Positions 62,722-64,000 of a DNA stretch of 64,000 nucleotides are shown piece by piece. Every line of letters begins with the position of its first letter. The stretch's first letter is position 1. Origin of the DNA: Bradymonadia bacterium. Lineage in GTDB: Bacteria; Myxococcota_A; Bradymonadia; UBA7976; UBA1532. The notes beneath the pieces are model-generated. The model worked only from the letters and a program-made list of their open reading frames with translations. It did not search any database and had not been told where the DNA came from. A program made the translations under genes and the position numbers. The stretch spans positions 17,035 to 81,034 of the forward strand of contig JBKAGE010000004.1 of assembly GCA_046290225.1 (NCBI GenBank), in the 5' to 3' direction.

Positions 62722-63618
62722 TTACGTGTCAGCTTCGATTGAAGGCTTCTCAGGTGTTTCAGCAGAAGCCTCAGCAGCCACATGGGTCTTGGCTGCTTTC
62801 TCCAACCCATCAGCACCTTGGGTGAAGTACGGCGCCGACTTGATGGCTTCCACATCAGCCTTGGCTTTACCCTCAGCAGGGGTCTTGGCCTCTGCCGGTG
62901 CCTCAACAAGCGTCTCCGCAACAGGCTCCACCTTGGCGTTCTCTTCCTTCTTCCCGGTGTATCCCTTGCCCTCAGGTCGATAGTTCTCCGCGGCCTTCTG
63001 AGCCACCGACTCCACCTCATCAGCATCACGGCGGCGCTTGCCACGCTTGCTCTTGCGGGGCTCCTCACGATCGCGGTCTCGCTCCTGACCACCCACCCTC
63101 AAGGTGTATCGGGTCATGGGCAGCTCGGAAGCCGGATCGAAGCGTGAAGCGGCCTCGAGCCCGGCCATGGCCACGGCTTCGGCGCTGGGTAGGGCGTCGT
63201 ACACCGCGTGCATGGCCCCAAGGGCATAGCGGCGGCCTGAGCCCAGAGCCTCGAAGCGGTTCAGCTCCACCACCGAGCGATCGGCCCCAGCGCGGAAGAT
63301 GCCCCGAGGTGAGATGATGAGGCACGCTGGCAGGGTGAGGCCCTGAGCGCGAAGCGCTTCGGCAAGATCACCCAGAGTCTCGAAGATGGACAGCGGATCG
63401 TACAGGTGCCGCTTCGACCCTTTGTGGCTGAAGTGGTGCTGCGCGGCGAGGCGCACGGCCACTGAGCCATCGAAGCCGATCCAGGACTTACCCACTCTGA
63501 TGATCTTGTCGCTCTGGCTGATGAAGCCGGCGAACTCTTCGGTGCCCTCGAAGATGGAGAGGGTGTCGGCGGCGATGCACACCTGATCGCCCTTGCGGAC
63601 GACGACGAACGTACTCAT
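62722..63618 (-). CDS. Proteasome/HslV-type Ntn hydrolase with charged low-complexity tail
   Basis: MSTFVVVRK...IAAD, DKI and ALGSG..YALGAM motifs; GGAG SD. Confidence 0.8.
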   Translation of the reverse strand: MSTFVVVRKGDQVCIAADTLSIFEGTEEFAGFISQSDKIIRVGKSWIGFDGSVAVRLAAQHHFSHKGSKRHLYDPLSIFETLGDLAEALRAQGLTLPACLIISPRGIFRAGADRSVVELNRFEALGSGRRYALGAMHAVYDALPSAEAVAMAGLEAASRFDPASELPMTRYTLRVGGQERDRDREEPRKSKRGKRRRDADEVESVAQKAAENYRPEGKGYTGKKEENAKVEPVAETLVEAPAEAKTPAEGKAKADVEAIKSAPYFTQGADGLEKAAKTHVAAEASAETPEKPSIEADT

Positions 63619-63699
63619 TTGAATGCTCCTCAGCTGAAGTCTCGGGGAGCATTGCGCGACGTAGGGGAAACATCAAGAGCGCCGATGAGGGCCAGCCTG

Positions 63700-63848
63700 C
63701 CTTTTGTTTCTGGCTTGGTGCGCTGCTGTGGTTTCGGGGGTCGCTCCGCTGGTGAGAGAGTCTTCGGGCACGGGCACGGGCACGGGCACGGGCACGAGTT
63801 TATTCGACTTTTGGCTCATGGCCCTGTCGGAGGTCAGGGCGAAGGTGG
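63700..63848 (-). repeat. Second copy of the dispersed repeat, (GTGCCC)5 core
   Basis: GGGCAC x5 at 63766-63795; flanks homologous to 39068-39195. Confidence 0.85.
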
Positions 63849-63900
63849 GCTTGATTCGTTCCAAGAGATTCAGCCTCGGACTCTACTGAGCACACTCGTA

Positions 63901-63924
63901 AAACTCGTGCCCGTGCCCGTGCCC
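63901..63924 (+). repeat. Partial third copy AAACTC(GTGCCC)3, inverted relative to 63778-63801
   Basis: Read directly from the sequence. Confidence 0.85.
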
Positions 63925-64000
63925 TGTACCAATTGGATTGTCGCTTTGGATCTTGATGCGAGGCATCTGAGAACACCACCCGTACCCAGTACAGCGAATA

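Noticed and set aside
63673..63889. Short ORFs encoding VPVPVP or GTGTGT
   Set aside because: Translations of the non-coding GTGCCC repeat.

Overview
High-GC bacterial chromosome segment, most consistent with a Myxococcota/Bradymonadia-like deltaproteobacterium (many Cys-rich and acidic-linker lipoproteins, TSP3/MopE-type repeats, sigma54 activators). Housekeeping genes (infC-like, pyc, amtB-PII, an EF-G paralog, lpxH-like, guaB-guaA, mutL-miaA-aroA-cmk) alternate with accessory envelope/redox loci. Most notable: (1) a sigma70-type promoter placed to give a leaderless 59-aa uORF, then a hairpin-rich leader with three in-frame TGA codons, directly upstream of a divergent EF-G paralog (candidate translation-sensing attenuator); (2) a four-gene cluster of a TSP3 lipoprotein, a trimeric-fibre-like protein and two paralogous di-heme enzymes, one with a collagen stalk; (3) a PEGA/beta-barrel gene coupled to a ~104-aa tetraheme lipoprotein cytochrome; (4) a sigma54 promoter plus three copies of a 14-bp enhancer-like motif between a NifA-like activator and amtB-PII, where PII lacks Tyr51; (5) a dispersed ~140-bp (GTGCCC)n repeat family; (6) low-GC patches at convergent gene ends preceded by G/T-skewed strands. 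No rRNA, tRNA, CRISPR array or transposase was recognised. All calls come from reading motifs by eye; no database search was run.
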